A DNA stretch of 58,442 nt, the filler included, from Dirinaria sp. TL-2023a (lineage: Eukaryota), in assembly GCA_051941275.1 (NCBI GenBank). It is 6 parts of 6 records of this genome, joined end to end, with 100 filler letters (N's around TTAATTAATTAA, not from the genome) between each part and the next. Parts side by side here need not be neighbours in the genome. Positions count along the whole stretch, not along the records: positions 9,776 to 19,439 come from JAVEBF010001020.1; positions 19,540 to 29,200 come from JAVEBF010001021.1; 4 more parts are not named here. One strand, 5' to 3'. This document shows positions 12,571-25,206 of the stretch, in pieces; position 1 is the first letter of the stretch, and each line of letters opens with the position of its first letter. Made by a program: the position numbers and the translations under genes. Below the pieces are notes generated by a model, which worked only from the letters and a program-made list of their open reading frames with translations, ran no database searches and was not told the DNA's origin.

Positions 12571-13933
12571 ATGGCTACTGAACGACTGAATTCCATCCTC
12601 AACCACCTCACCCCGAGCAAGAGTGGGCTCTCCGCAATGTAAGATACATTTCTCCCCCCTGAGAGAGCTGGTAGCTAAAGCAGCGATCAATAAATAGCAC
12701 CCAGAAGAACCCGGACGATGTAGTTATCACGCTGGCGATACGTACGCCGCTGACCAAAGGCTTCAAAGGTGGTTTCAAAGATACAACGCTCGACTACATA
12801 CTCTACTCCCTCCTGAAGGAAGTCATTCAAAAGTCAAACATCGATCCTCAAATGGTCGAAGACATCTGCCTTGGCAATGTTGGAGTCCTTTAACCCTCCT
12901 ACGGCTTCTCCATGCTGATATTGTCAAGGTCTCCGATGCCAAAGCCGCCTACATGGTCCGCGCCGCTTCCCTCGCTGCCGGCTTCCCCAACACCACTGCC
13001 GCTAGCTCAGTAAATCGCTTCTGCTCCTCAGGCCTGAAAGCCGTACAGGATATCGCGAATCAGATTAGCAGTGGCAGCATCGATTGCGGACTCGCTGTAG
13101 GCGCAGAGCTAATGTCCGCGGCCAGTGATCGCCCTCAGCCCTTCCACCCAGATATCATGGCAAACCAGGAAGCTGCAGATTGCCTGCAGCCCATGGGTCA
13201 GACATCGGAGAATGTGGGCAAGGACTTTGACATTTCGAGAGAGGCTCAAGACCGATATGCAGCGGAGAGCTTCCGGCGAGCAGAAGTGGCGCAAAAGGCA
13301 GGGTGGTTCGATGACGAAATAATACCTATAACGACCAAAGTCAAGGATCCGAAGACAGGAGTGGAGAAGGAAGTCACGTTGACAAAGGACGAAGGACCGA
13401 GATGGGGAACAACCTTTGGGAGCCTTTCTAAAGTTCGACCAGCTTTCTCACAATACGGCGACCGGAGCACAGGAGGAAATTCAAGTCAGGTCACGGATGG
13501 AGCAGCTGCCGTATTACTCATGAAGCGCTCCAAGGCACTGGCCATGAATCAGCCTATCCTAGCGAAATTTTGCGGTGCCACTGTTGCAGGTGTCGCGCCC
13601 AGGATCATGGGCATAGGACCTTCGCTGGCAATCCCAAAGCTTCTCGGCAAATTCAATCTTAATCTTCAAAGCGACATTGACATCATTGAACTCAACGAGG
13701 CTTTTTCGTCAATGGCCGTATATTGCATAAATGTCCTCGGCATTGATCACGCTAAGATGAATGTCAGAGGCGGGGCAGTAGCGCTGGGGCATCCGCTCGG
13801 AGCCACTGGTGCGCGACAGATTTGTACGGGTCTGAGCGAGTGTAGGAGGCAGAAAAAAAAGATACTTCTGACGAGCATGTGCATTGGAACGGGACAGGGT
13901 ATGGCTGGTCTGTTTGTGAATGAAATGTTGTAG
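12571..13933 (+). CDS. POT1: Peroxisomal 3-ketoacyl-CoA thiolase
   Basis: N-terminus MATERLNSILNHL carries a PTS2 (RLx5HL). Introns 12639-12697 and 12879-12928. Motifs NRFCSSGL, ELNEAF, GHPLGATG and SMCIGTGQG. Confidence 0.92.
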
Positions 13934-14428
13934 CAAGAAATGAAGAATTGCGGTATAAACAAACACAAGCCTTGTAAAAAGCTGGGTATGTGCTTCTAGT
14001 TCATTCCCCTGAAAGCTAAAGCTACTTTCAAGCCATTCTAGGAGGAGAGCAAATCAGCAGCCGCATGGTTTGCTTCCAATACCCCTTGTGGTCTTGGTAT
14101 TGCCTTTGCCTGTGCTCAGCATCTTAAACAAAGATCGGTCCTGCTTCATCAAATACTCTCAACATTGTTCATTGTACAATTCTGCGAACTCACGCTTTCG
14201 CTATTACACTCCTCGTCGATTTCGACTAAAGGATAGCCCATCAGCTGGCAAAATGCAAGCAACACTAATGACCAGTGCAGCAAGTTTCATTTATTCATCT
14301 GTCTAAGCTCAAAACTGCTTGTGAGCCAGTGCTTGGTTTGCTGAGCGTTCCAAACCAAGGCTGCCTCTTAAAGCAAATCGGACGTACTTTTCGGCGCTCC
14401 TTGGATGGCTGATTACTTGAGGATCAAT

Positions 14429-15399
14429 TCATCGATTCTTTGCATCATTTGCACTGGCCTCGTCCAGCTTGGCAAGCTCGACAGTGAATAGTGCTCTGTT
14501 GCTCGTTGTGACATGGACAACTTCTCTCTTGATATGGTTACTGGTGCTGATTTGTCCGCCCAACTCCGTTGGCCATTGCGTAACGTCCCACTCCAGACCT
14601 TGAGTGGTGATAACCGATGGTCGCCCAATTGGGATAACGCCAACGGTCTCCGCTAGTAGCCCTGGTCCGACCGGAGTCCTTATCACATTGCATCCTTCCT
14701 CGAGTAGGAACATGATGCTTTTGGCCGTTGCAAGGTATGTCTTCCCAATATAGGGGGACTGAAGGTCGTTCGCAGCGTAAAGATGATGGATTTGCGAGAA
14801 AGCCTGGTCTGCTCTTCCATCAAGCCCGCCTAGGACGACAATATCAAGTTTGTGCCCGGGCGCATCGGATTCTCCACCGGGTCCTAATGCTTCCAGAAAT
14901 ATGGTTTTGGCCTTCACTGCAATGTGCTTCAGACATTTCATGAAATCTGTGGAATACTGGTCCGTATCCTTGACGAATTCCGTCGATCCTATTCGGCGGT
15001 AGAAATCCTCTACATCTGGTGGAAGTGAATCGAAATCCCCACAAATAGCATCTGGTATCTGATGTCCCGTTAGGTGCTGCCTATGTCATGGCGGCAATCC
15101 GAATAGAAGCGACAGGCAAGACTGACGTGGTTAGGCACAAGGTCATGGAGGTGCTTGGCTCCTCCATCAGCACAAACAACATATGTAGCTATCGAGTACG
15201 TCAAAATACGGACACCAAGGTGTCTTATCTAATCTTCTACTTGCACACCTGATGATAGGAGACTTCTCACGTACTCCCGCTCTGTCAGAGGGACGTTCAA
15301 AACAATGAGCACATGGCGATCGAGAGCCTTCTTAGATCTCCGCTCCTCTGAGAGAGCATAGTTGGCTGGCCACCACAAGGTGCCTGTGCTTGGATCCAT
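14429..15399 (-). CDS. THI80: Thiamine pyrophosphokinase
   Basis: Three exons: LIVLNVP / VVCADGGA / PDAICGDFDSL...DQYSTDFMKCL...LGGLDGRADQ...TQGLEWDV...QISTSNH. Confidence 0.9.
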
Positions 15400-15728
15400 T
15401 TCACCATGATCTTCCCTAGATATGGGACCTGTGCTGGTTTCGCAAGCCATTACGGGACACGGCCAATTGCTGGCTGTATCGGAACGTGAGGCATAGGCAT
15501 CATCAAGTTCGAAGCATGCAATATCGTAAGGTAGTCTAAACAATGACAGCTGCTAGACCAATCTATCTCCATGCCAAGAACTTAGCTACAGATCTAATGT
15601 ACCTTACGTCATACGAGTCGATATGCGAAGCTCCAAAATTACCAAAATTACAAAACATCGAATAAAGATTTTGCTGACCTCGCTGACAATCACCATATTT
15701 GTATCACTGATCCTTTTACCATTCAACT

Positions 15729-16845
15729 ATGTTAAGCTCATCTTCGCGGCTGATATGCCGCAGCTCTGTCCACTTACGATCTCTTCGCTCCGTTCCTACC
15801 CGGCGCCCTATCTCGACAGCGCCACCCGGACAAAAGTCTCGAAGTTGGAGAAGTAGCGCCGTGCGATGGGGTCTTGCTATCGGCGGACTATACTATTACA
15901 ACACCAGCAACGTCTTCGCAGAGGAGCCGCCTTGTATGCTGATCCCAACCTACCAGTATTCGCCATGTGCGCGCATTGACGCTGACCGCATAAAGTTTCT
16001 CCATCCCTCGCCCATCCAGCCCCTGAAGATGCCCCAATGCCAACACTCGACTCGCTCTCGCTCTCCAAACGGTCCAGATCGGATCTAACCTCTGCAGAGG
16101 TATCGCCGCAGACGACAATACCTGAATCGGGCGCGTTCGATGAGACAGAGGAACAAGCTTCGCACGAAGGCGCTTTCAATGAAGAAACGGGTGAAATAAA
16201 TTGGGACTGCCCCTGCTTAGGAGGCATGGCGCATGGACCTTGTGGAGAGCCATTCAGGGCCGCGTTCAGCTGTTTCGTGTATAGCACCGAGGAGCCAAAG
16301 GGAATGGATTGTATAGACCGGTTCAAGTAAGTTTCACCTTTTCAAGGAGATTTAGGCGGGTGACTTGCGGTCCGGAGAAGACAATACTAATTAAATGGTG
16401 TAGAGGTATGCAAGATTGCTTCCGCGAGCATCCGGATGTCTACGGCGACGAGCTCGCGGATTCTGGCTCTGACGACCCCAACGAGCCTGAAATCGCCGAG
16501 GCAGTCGATAGCGCAGTGGAGAGTGTTGCCGAAGACGTGCCTATCTCCATGACACCGTCGGCTGTGCCACCGCCGTCATCCTCACCCTTGATATCGACGT
16601 CTTCAGAAAGCCCGACACCGAGTCCACGCGCACCGCCACCTCCCTCTACGCTTTCCAACCCCGTGCCACAAGACGCAGATAGGCATCCAGCCCATACATC
16701 AGACGATGATGACGCCTCAAAGAGTCAGAGGGCAAAAGCCGCCACGAAGCAGGTATTCAAGGACCACAGTGACCTAGGCGAGGGTGGAGAGGAGTTGGTT
16801 CCCAAGGAGTGGCACGATACACGTAAAATGAATGAGGGCAATTGA
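15729..16845 (+). CDS. MIA40: Mitochondrial intermembrane space import oxidoreductase Mia40
   Basis: Presequence plus a TM segment; [36 protein letters not shown]...[16 protein letters not shown] (CPC plus twin Cx9C). Confidence 0.93.
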
Positions 16846-18298
16846 GACTATTAATCTTCTAGACTAGTCAAAAATAAGATGCAAGAGGCCGCCATGGCAC
16901 AAGATGATGAGAGATAAAAATGAGGAAATCTCAAACAGAAAGGAATAAATTGTACTATAAAGCATCCGCGGTTTCAAAAGGCATGCATCGAAGGAAGGCG
17001 GTGTTTAGCGTTGCATACGGTCGATGGGCCGGGCGGACGTCAATCATTATAAGCAAGTACTATAATCGCTACTCTCGGGAGTATGGCGGGACCAATGTAT
17101 AAAAGCTTGTGGGCGGAACACTGCAAATAGGAACAAACTTTGAGACTTGGAAACTTGAAGATTTTCAATGGTGAATCGCACTAGTGCTTACGATATTGAC
17201 GAGTGAGCAGGGTCAGTCAAACCGTCAACTTACCAAGCTTTCGCTCTCCTCTTTGAGCTAAAGTGAAATCCAAGGAGCCACGAATGCGCTCTCAATAAGG
17301 TGCGGAGAGATGAGCTCTAGTACAGCTTAAAAAGAGACTTTGCAAGAGCATAACCTTGGTCTCAAGGTCTAGGAGTATCAGACATCTTTTCCACAAGTCT
17401 ACACAGATCAAGATCCAGTACCAGACCCCATGTCGCCCTTTTAGGAAATCGATGATGGGAATCTGGGTAGTGAATACTTCGAACGACCCAGGGCGCAAGT
17501 CATATATGGACCATGCTATCATTTTCTTTACGGAATATGGACACAATTAGTGCCTGATTGAATATTTCTAATATGGCATGAATCACCTCAAGCCATCAGA
17601 TTCTCTCAATGAAGGAAGGTTGAAAAGGAAGCTTGATTCTTTAGGTCCAAGCACAATCTGAGCAAGAACCACATGTCACCTGTCTACTACCCTTCACCGA
17701 TCAAGCAGCTGACTCTTTGATCTAGGTTCATGTATTTCCTTCTAATGTTGAGGGTCGTCGCTGTTGACTTGTTTTACGCATTTGAAGCTGATATCATTGT
17801 GGCATGGAGGCAAACTATTCAACAACAAGACACATGGCACGATTCTCTTGAGCTTGTGATTCCTATGTTGGCGTGAGATAGGAGACACTAAATTCCACAA
17901 TATCACGTGCTTTTGGCTTACGTAATAAAATTCCATCCTCGTACGGGCCAAATCGAACATCCTGCCTGCTCTAGTTCTGAATTATTAGCCATGGACTCCC
18001 CTCTCAAGCCATCCAACCCACGAAAACCCCATATCTAGAACAAAATGCTTCTCCCCAACATCTTTGTCCTTATCAGTCCACTTCGTATCAATCAGATACG
18101 TATCTAATTCCACGCGCTCAGATTTCCTCAAGCGAACTTTTGTAGATGTCATCTACTGCGGCTTGTGGGGGGTTAAGATGTGAAAAAACAGCGCTCCTAT
18201 CACAGCGATGTCGGCATGCGCGTGTGCAACGCCTGTAGGGAATAGATACGGTTTTATGCTACATGCGAGAAGGGCCGGACGGCCGACAGGCCGGCGGG

Positions 18299-18305
18299 TA
18301 TAAAA
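18299..18305 (+). promoter_or_regulatory. TATA box of the downstream small secreted protein gene
   Basis: TATAAAA about 160 bp upstream of ATG 18463, preceded by a CCG/CGG-rich segment. Confidence 0.45.
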
Positions 18306-18462
18306 GGTCCCACGCATAAGATATCTACAGAGTGCTATGGTAGGTCAGATTCAAAGTATTTTACCCAGCGACGAGAACAGTACCACGTACACCTTTTCTT
18401 CTACAGCTTCTTTTATTTTGGTCATTGGTAAAGCTGCTTTGCATTTCCTATGTTCCCCAATC

Positions 18463-19140
18463 ATGGCGAATCTCACTGTTTCATCTATATATTTCTTTTT
18501 GCTGCATTTTATCATAAAGTCAAGCTATGCGGCTTCAGTCGCAATCCGAGCTTCTCCACCATCGTCTCCCGCTTCTCTTTCACTCACGGAACCGAGTGCA
18601 CAATTCAACTTTACTATCCAACCAGCTCTCGTCCAGTCCGGGTAATCCCTTCCCTTCCCCCTCTCTTTCCCAAGAAATCCCTTTCCCCCCAATCTTATTC
18701 CCAACCTATTCCTAACCACACACCCGTATAGCCACAGCAAAAACCTCACCATGCTCCCTGAAATCTACGAAATCCCCTACGCCGATCGTCCGACCTCGCT
18801 ACGGATAGCATGGCACTTCGGGGAGCTGCCGCGGGACGAATTCAGCGTGCTGGTGCTGCGAGGACTGAACAGCCTGATAAACACGGTCATCCGTAAGCCG
18901 GCGGGCGACCGTGCGGTCGACGGGGACCGGATCACCTGGCGCTCGCCGCACTGCTTCGTGCGTGCCGTGTCCGAAGAGCGTGATAGCCTGAGCTACGGCA
19001 CCCTGGCGACGGCGTTTCGGGGGGTTGGGGAACTCATGAACACGTGGGGAGCGATGCCGGCCGATATGCTGATTATGGCGGGGACGGTCAGGGTTGGTAG
19101 GATCTCGGTCGAGGTCAGATGGGATGCCGAGAATGATTGA
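18463..19140 (+). CDS. Small secreted protein of unknown function (~195 aa)
   Basis: Signal-peptide-like N-terminus MANLTVSSIYFFLLHFIIKSSYA. Intron 18642-18731 joins in frame to ORF 18751-19140 (LSYGTLATAFRGVGELM...GRISV). Confidence 0.7.
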
Positions 19141-19439
19141 TCACTGTCCCCTGTGAGATGAGTTCTCTGCGTTATAAGAAGCTGCGGATCTTCAGAGGGA
19201 AATGGTGCAACGGATAGAGTTTGTATATTGGCTGGCTTGGTGCGGCGAATATGGACGATTCCCCCGCCAATAGGTATGTTACTGATTCAAAAACTTTGCT
19301 ATTAATACGAACATCTTTATTAGTGAGGCTTCCGAACTCAACTTTAGGTAAAGGTAAAAGGGGGGGAACACTCATCCCTCTTGTTCCTTCCACCTACACA
19401 TAAAAGTCCACCTAATCAATTTTCCCAGTAGTTATCAAG

Positions 19440-19539
19440 NNNNNNNNNNNNNNNNNNNNNNNNNNNNNNNNNNNNNNNNNNNNTTAATTAATTAANNNNN
19501 NNNNNNNNNNNNNNNNNNNNNNNNNNNNNNNNNNNNNNN
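19440..19539. other. Artificial contig-joining linker
   Basis: N44-TTAATTAATTAA-N44. Confidence 0.97.
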
Positions 19540-19918
19540 CCCCCTTCCCCAACCCTCCACGCAGGAAACCTTTGGCAGCGCTTCGAACCGGTTGTCATGG
19601 GTATCATGAATGAATACTTAAAGTGGAGTGGTCAGGTGGAATTTCACCGCAAGGGCAGCATACCATCGGAGAGGATACAACATGTGTCGTACCGTTTGCG
19701 CAGACTGGGGTCTGTCTCCGCCTCCAACTATTCGAGCACGCAGTGTATGCTGTACCACTTCCGAAGGTTCAGGTAACAGTTATGTGATGCTCGTCCTCTC
19801 CCCAAGAAGCTCACAGGCATGAGCTCACCTCTTGCGCACGATACAGCGGAGGCTGTTGACTTCTGGTAGTGACAGTAGGAGCTGGCCATTTGCTACCTTC
19901 GGCATGATGAACTGGTGC

Positions 19919-21000
19919 TTAATGTGGACTATTGCGCGGAAGGCAATTGAACATCAGCCCACCATGGTGGTGGTGGTGGCCTAGCTCTTCTCTCAGTCCT
20001 CTTCTTGTCACAGTGGAACAGGCGAGGAGATAGACCCAGAAGTCACTTGAGAGTATCGTTGAGAAGGTGACTGCAAGATTCCCCACAGCAACACAAGAGA
20101 GATACATGAAGGCCGTCTCATGATCATCGTTGCCATCACTAAGCCCATAGTCGCAGGCTCCGGCGGATGGAATGGAGTCACCAGCTCCAAAGGTATAGTG
20201 GATCTTGTTTCCCAGATGCCGAACAGAAAGTTCCGGCAGCGGCTTCCCACGGTTGTCATAGCGGTCCAATGACCGGCTTTGTTATGGATTGGTTGTATTA
20301 GCTACCTATCTAACAAGGCGGAATAGCGTAGCAGTCCTAGACACGCTGCTAAGCTGCACTGATGGCTGTGGTGCTGCTCGTTGTGTGGTAGTTGGGGGGC
20401 TGCTCCAACCACTCAGCATTACTCTGAGCTTCGCACAGAATCGATAAACATACTTGTCTTCTTCTCAGAATAAGTTATGCTTGTCCAACTAACCAGGTCT
20501 CTTGCACTCGGCAGCAGGACATTCTAGGGGTGGACTGATGGTTCTGCTATAGCGAAGTCGACACTGTTTTCTTTCCGCACACGCCGCTCGCTTTTGTGGT
20601 GATTGAGGTTGCTGGTTCTGTGTTAGGTCCTCCCACACCAACGCCAGAGCGTCAACACGTCGGGCATTGGTACCCGATATATGCCTTCGATCCTGTTTCC
20701 CGGCTGTTGTGATACCGCAAGCGACTTTCCCATGCCAGCAGCCACCGGAAAGTTATGTGGGGACGCGGGGAAAGTTCTAGTGCCAATTGATGTGCTCTCA
20801 GCTCCAGCTTGCCCTTCACAGCTGATAGAGTGCTATGAGAGCATTCGAAGTCAATCGGCGGTGGAGGCGCACTATTACCGACCGGTTTCTGTGGTGCTGC
20901 TGGTATCTGATGACTGGGTCTGCTGGTTCTGTGTGGCGGCGTTCAGGTCTTGTGACACCAAGGCCAGGGTCTCTGAAGCCTCTAACTCGCACTTAGCAGT
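19919..21000 (-). pseudogene. Possible decayed gene for an S/T/Q-rich secreted protein
   Basis: Minus-strand fragments LVSQDLNAATQNQQTQSSDTSSTTETG, VWEDLTQNQQPQSPQ and PPTTTQRAAPQPS are interrupted by stops. They are followed by an ORF containing HYTFGAG..AGACDYG..CVAVG. Confidence 0.25.
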
Positions 21001-22410
21001 TGACAGAAGCAATTAATTGGGATCGACCTCTTACCTGGCACGATGGGAAACTGTTTCTCCAGCCGTGAACTAGAAACTCGATAGAGAATGGGATGGTCTT
21101 GCCGGTTGACGGTGTAGGCATGCTATCGTCGGCCAGTGTCCGTGGCACTGCCCGTGTTGTGGTCATTGGGGTTTCCGGTTCTTAAAAGGGGTAACCGCAA
21201 GCGCCGCCACCTATTGAACCCACCACAAGGCAGAAGTTCAAAGGAATTGAAGAGCAAAGCCTGGCTCTCAGCAGATGTGGATTCACTGCACGCTTTCGTG
21301 GTTATCTCTCGTCCATTACACTACTTAGGGTCAGCGTACGCAGGGAAATTTTCTGAAGAGCTTACCGTAAAACGAAAGCCCGATGTTGTTGTGGATATGT
21401 GAAGATAAAGATCTTGGTCCGGAAAGGAGTGGTCGGCTGATACCGCGATGCAGCACCAATGAATTCAGATCACCGAGTCTCGTTCCAGCGCTGGCAAAGG
21501 GAACAACAACGAGCCGATCAGTAGGGCCAACTTTAAGAATAAGCGTACCCGCTGCTGCTCTGTCCATGGCAAGGAGGAGATCATGCCTACTGCTAAAGAT
21601 CCCGTTGGCTGGATGTCTCTTTGTGTATTGTCCCGAATCACGAGCTCGAGCAAGTATTGTTCGTCGGCCTGGCTGCGTCCGACATTCATCTGGCGCTGTA
21701 AACTTTCAGAGCTATGGAAGATCCCGGCTTGCTGCCAATTCTGGGTCGTCCGCAGGATCATCTTCGTATGTTGTCGGCTCCATATTTGCCGTATTGAACA
21801 GTTCGGAGTCGTATTGAGTGGCAGGTAGGCCACCAAACTCGTCGTCGTCTGCGTTCAACAAAAATGGATCTACTTGAGTCTCCTCAAGTATCCTAAGAGT
21901 ATACTCCACAGATGATTCCCGTCGGGACATGCCGACTAGGGGAGAATGGGCGCCGTATGATTGGCCCGGCATTTGATGCTGTTGTACAAAGACATCTTCG
22001 GTGAAAGGATGTCCAAAGTTTTGACGTACACTAGTTTGATAGTAGTGTTCGTACATCTCCTCATGGCTCATTGGAGCCGGCAGAGGCTTCTCTGGGTGAG
22101 AGTTCGTTTCCCAGCTCAGACGACGCCCTTCGCTACCCGAGAAGACCTGATGGTTGTTCTGTAAGCACCAGACTTTCGTGCGTTCCGCGTATGCGGATCG
22201 GTATAGCATGAACGCTTAGCACTGCTGCTCCAGCTTTACTGGGCGAGGATTTGTACCCCGGGGGCGCCTTCTGATGATTATCTCTTTCTATCCTCGCGGA
22301 CTCTGTCTAAAAGTCGCGGATTTCCCTTGGTGTTTCCTTTGGCTCCGTCGGCCAGCTTTCTCCAGAAACGGAGTTCTATGGTCTATTTTTGTAAATTCCA
22401 GTGTATAATT

Positions 22411-22555
22411 CTGGCCTCTCCAACCGTCAACGGCCAGGAGGACCTCGGTAGTTGCTCAATTACCGGCTGGGCACTGAACTTTTTCTTCCCGAGCAGTTTG
22501 TTCCTCACTTGGTTCTGCGGAGTTTTCTCCAGTCATTGACGGTTGGAGAGACCAG
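22411..22555. repeat. 145-bp segment bounded by inverted repeats (MITE-like or foldback)
   Basis: CTGGCCTCTCCAACCGTCAA (22411-22430) and TTGACGGTTGGAGAGACCAG (22536-22555) are 19/20 complementary, with weaker complementarity continuing about 20 bp inward. Confidence 0.6.
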
Positions 22556-22573
22556 CTCTTAGAAAGGGAGATC

Positions 22574-23246
22574 CTGATGTTATTTCAAGTCGTCATCTCA
22601 TACTCCCAGGGACCGGTGTCTGCTAGCCAGCGCCCCCCCAGTCGCTTCGCTCTTACGAAGTGACTGAGGGGGCGCCGACGGTAGAGGGTATTGGTTAGCA
22701 GCTATCACGGCAACATGGATGGAAAGGAGCCCTCACCGTAATATGATCGTCTACTGGCTTCTAATATGCCGTCCATACAGGCTGCAGTTCGGTGTTCATT
22801 GCTTTATCCGACAAGAGTTTCGACATGACGCTCTGAGCGAGTGCTGAGAGATGAACGAGAACGCTGCGGACATTTGTGTTCAGTTAAATCGCGGCTTGAT
22901 GAAGCGGTCGATATTTTGTCCCGACTCTTCGAAGTTCCATACAGAATAGAGGATATGGGAGGCTAGTGAAGTTGTGATTATAGTTTTTCAAAAGAAAAAT
23001 CCGGATGTTATTTCAAGTCGTCATCTCATGGTCATCCCATGATCCCAAGGACCGGTGTCTGCTAGGTTGTGCGGTTTCGTTGGTCAGATTGAGAACCAGC
23101 TTTCGAATGAGCGAGGCGACCAGGGGGGAGCCGACATTAGAGAGTATTGGTCAGCAGCTGTCACGGCAGTATGCATGAGAGAGGGATGCTCACTGCGTTC
23201 TCATCTTCTAATAGTTTCTACAATCCAGATGGATGCCGTCATATGA
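22574..23246. repeat. Diverged ~200-240-bp direct repeat pair
   Basis: GATGTTATTTCAAGTCGTCATCTCAT...GGACCGGTGTCTGCTAG...GCCGAC...GTATTGGTyAGCAGCTrTCACGGCA occurs at ~22574-22780 and ~23002-23246. Confidence 0.8.
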
Positions 23247-23854
23247 AACGGGCAAAAAGGGACGGCACTGGAATGGATAGAGTGATGGTCTCCGAAGCCA
23301 GCTTTAGAAGATGGCGGCTCAAAGCCTTCGGCGATTATGATGGATAATCATGAGCCTAGAGAGACTGAACACCGATGATGGGTCAGTGGAAGGTTAGCTT
23401 GATGAGATCAGCCAGTACGTACTCACAGGAGTGCAGGCTCGGTGGCTACTTCGACCACTTGGTGTGGCAGTTGACCATCTGGTTGTCCCTTGCTAGAAGT
23501 ACTTGCAAGCTACGACAGTGGACTACGAGGTATCCAGCAGCAAGAAATAGCAACTGCAAGCTTCGGAAATCGTCGTTGCTATGGTGAACTCCCAAGCCAA
23601 AGCAAGTGATCGAGGAGCTCCAAGATCATCCAAGCGAACAGGCAAGGAGAGCAGGCTTTTGCCAAATCCGCAAGGCCGGGCAAAACCCTGCTTTCACCAG
23701 CACATTGATGGTGGCAAGACAGAAATCCCACATGTACTTGATGCAGAAGTGGTAGGTAAAGCACTGCTGATGCAGAGAGATGGTTGTGGTTTGAATAGGA
23801 GGAAGAGTGGAAAGTGGAAGGGAAGGGGTTTGGAAGAGCAGGATCAAGTGAAGG

Positions 23855-23896
23855 AGGCTAAGGTAGGAGAAGCGAAGGTAGGAGAGGCCAAGGTAA
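23855..23896. repeat. 15-bp tandem repeat, about 3 copies (GArGCnAAGGTAGGA)
   Basis: gaggctaaggtagga gaagcgaaggtagga gaggccaaggta. Confidence 0.7.
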
Positions 23897-25206
23897 TGTA
23901 GGAGAGGGCTTTTCGCTAGTCGGGTTGCACGATTGTGTCAAGAGTCTCTGGAAGGAAGCATCAGGCCGAGAGCCCTGGCGAAGCCGAATTTTCACAAGAT
24001 TTACGCAGATGTCTGATTATTGTGTCGTACAGCTGACGATTCTTCTTGTCTTCTCAAGGCATCCTATCTACGCCACAGTACTACGGCACAGTACTACGCT
24101 CTCTTCGCTTAGGTACTAACTGGAACAATGAATGCCCTTGAGATGTAGCAAACCGGGTTGGATGCATGATCTAGAGACCTTTTGAGTAATAAAGTGGAGT
24201 CGGAAGGGCCCGAATTCTAGCAGCTGGGGGACGACCGGTGTCCGCCAGTTCACTGCTTCTGCCTGTCTGTATGCTATGGCATCTGGATTCTGGTGAGGGC
24301 CCTTTGTGCACATATGAATAACTTACAGGTGGGTAAGATTGATGGGTGGGAGTTGAAAGTCAGCCACGGATGGAGCAGCATTACGGAAGTAAGTGGATCT
24401 GTATCCCAGTCACCAGTAGCATTGTCAACAGGCATCTATCAGCTCGGTTACAGCTTGAAGCATCGTGAGAGTGCTCTAAAAGAGTTAGGGAGGCGAACTG
24501 GTTTGGACAGAAGCATCGAGTGCAATGAGTCGACTTTCAGTGCCAATCTCTGGAGCATGGGCGACAGCATGATTTTATGCACGGAAAAGAATCGTGAACA
24601 CAGAATTCAAGTTCCAGTATGAATTTCTTTGACAAAGAGCAGTCAACAAAGATTTTTTCCAACAGACAAGACGCTATCTCATATTTAGGCCTAGGTTTTG
24701 GGGATGTATGCAGGCATCAAACTAACGATATATTTTGATCAGCCATGAGCTTTGGTGGTATGTCCAACATGACCACAGTCATCTGAAGGGATACTTCCAG
24801 TGCATTAAATTAACAGATGCGGGTTTGTGCGCAAGTTGATCCAGACCTGGAACTGGAGCACCCACCTGTCTACCCATTTATACAAATCCTTGGCAGATTT
24901 GTGTGGATCCACGATTGCATAAAATGCTCTGCATAGCACAAAAAGGACGGCCTATTGGTCCATCTGTTGCTTTTTCCCTATCAAGGGCATGTGGTTGATA
25001 AGGTTATACGATACAAGAAGGTAAAGACTTCTTATACCAACTGCACTACTGATCTGAATCCTTCGGAAACCTCACTGAGAAATCTACAAGACGATATCCT
25101 CAACAAGCAAACTCTCTGCTGTGGGAGTGTCGACTCGATCTGGATTTCTTTACATATATCCTTTGTAAATACAGCACTGCCTCACTGTCATAGAGTCTAT
25201 CTCCGC

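Noticed and set aside
14429..15700. TPP riboswitch near the thiamine pyrophosphokinase gene
   Set aside because: No recognisable TPP aptamer consensus in the introns or upstream; an Infernal search was not possible
17292..17960. Short ORFs between MIA40 and the secreted-protein gene
   Set aside because: No motifs or coherent gene structure
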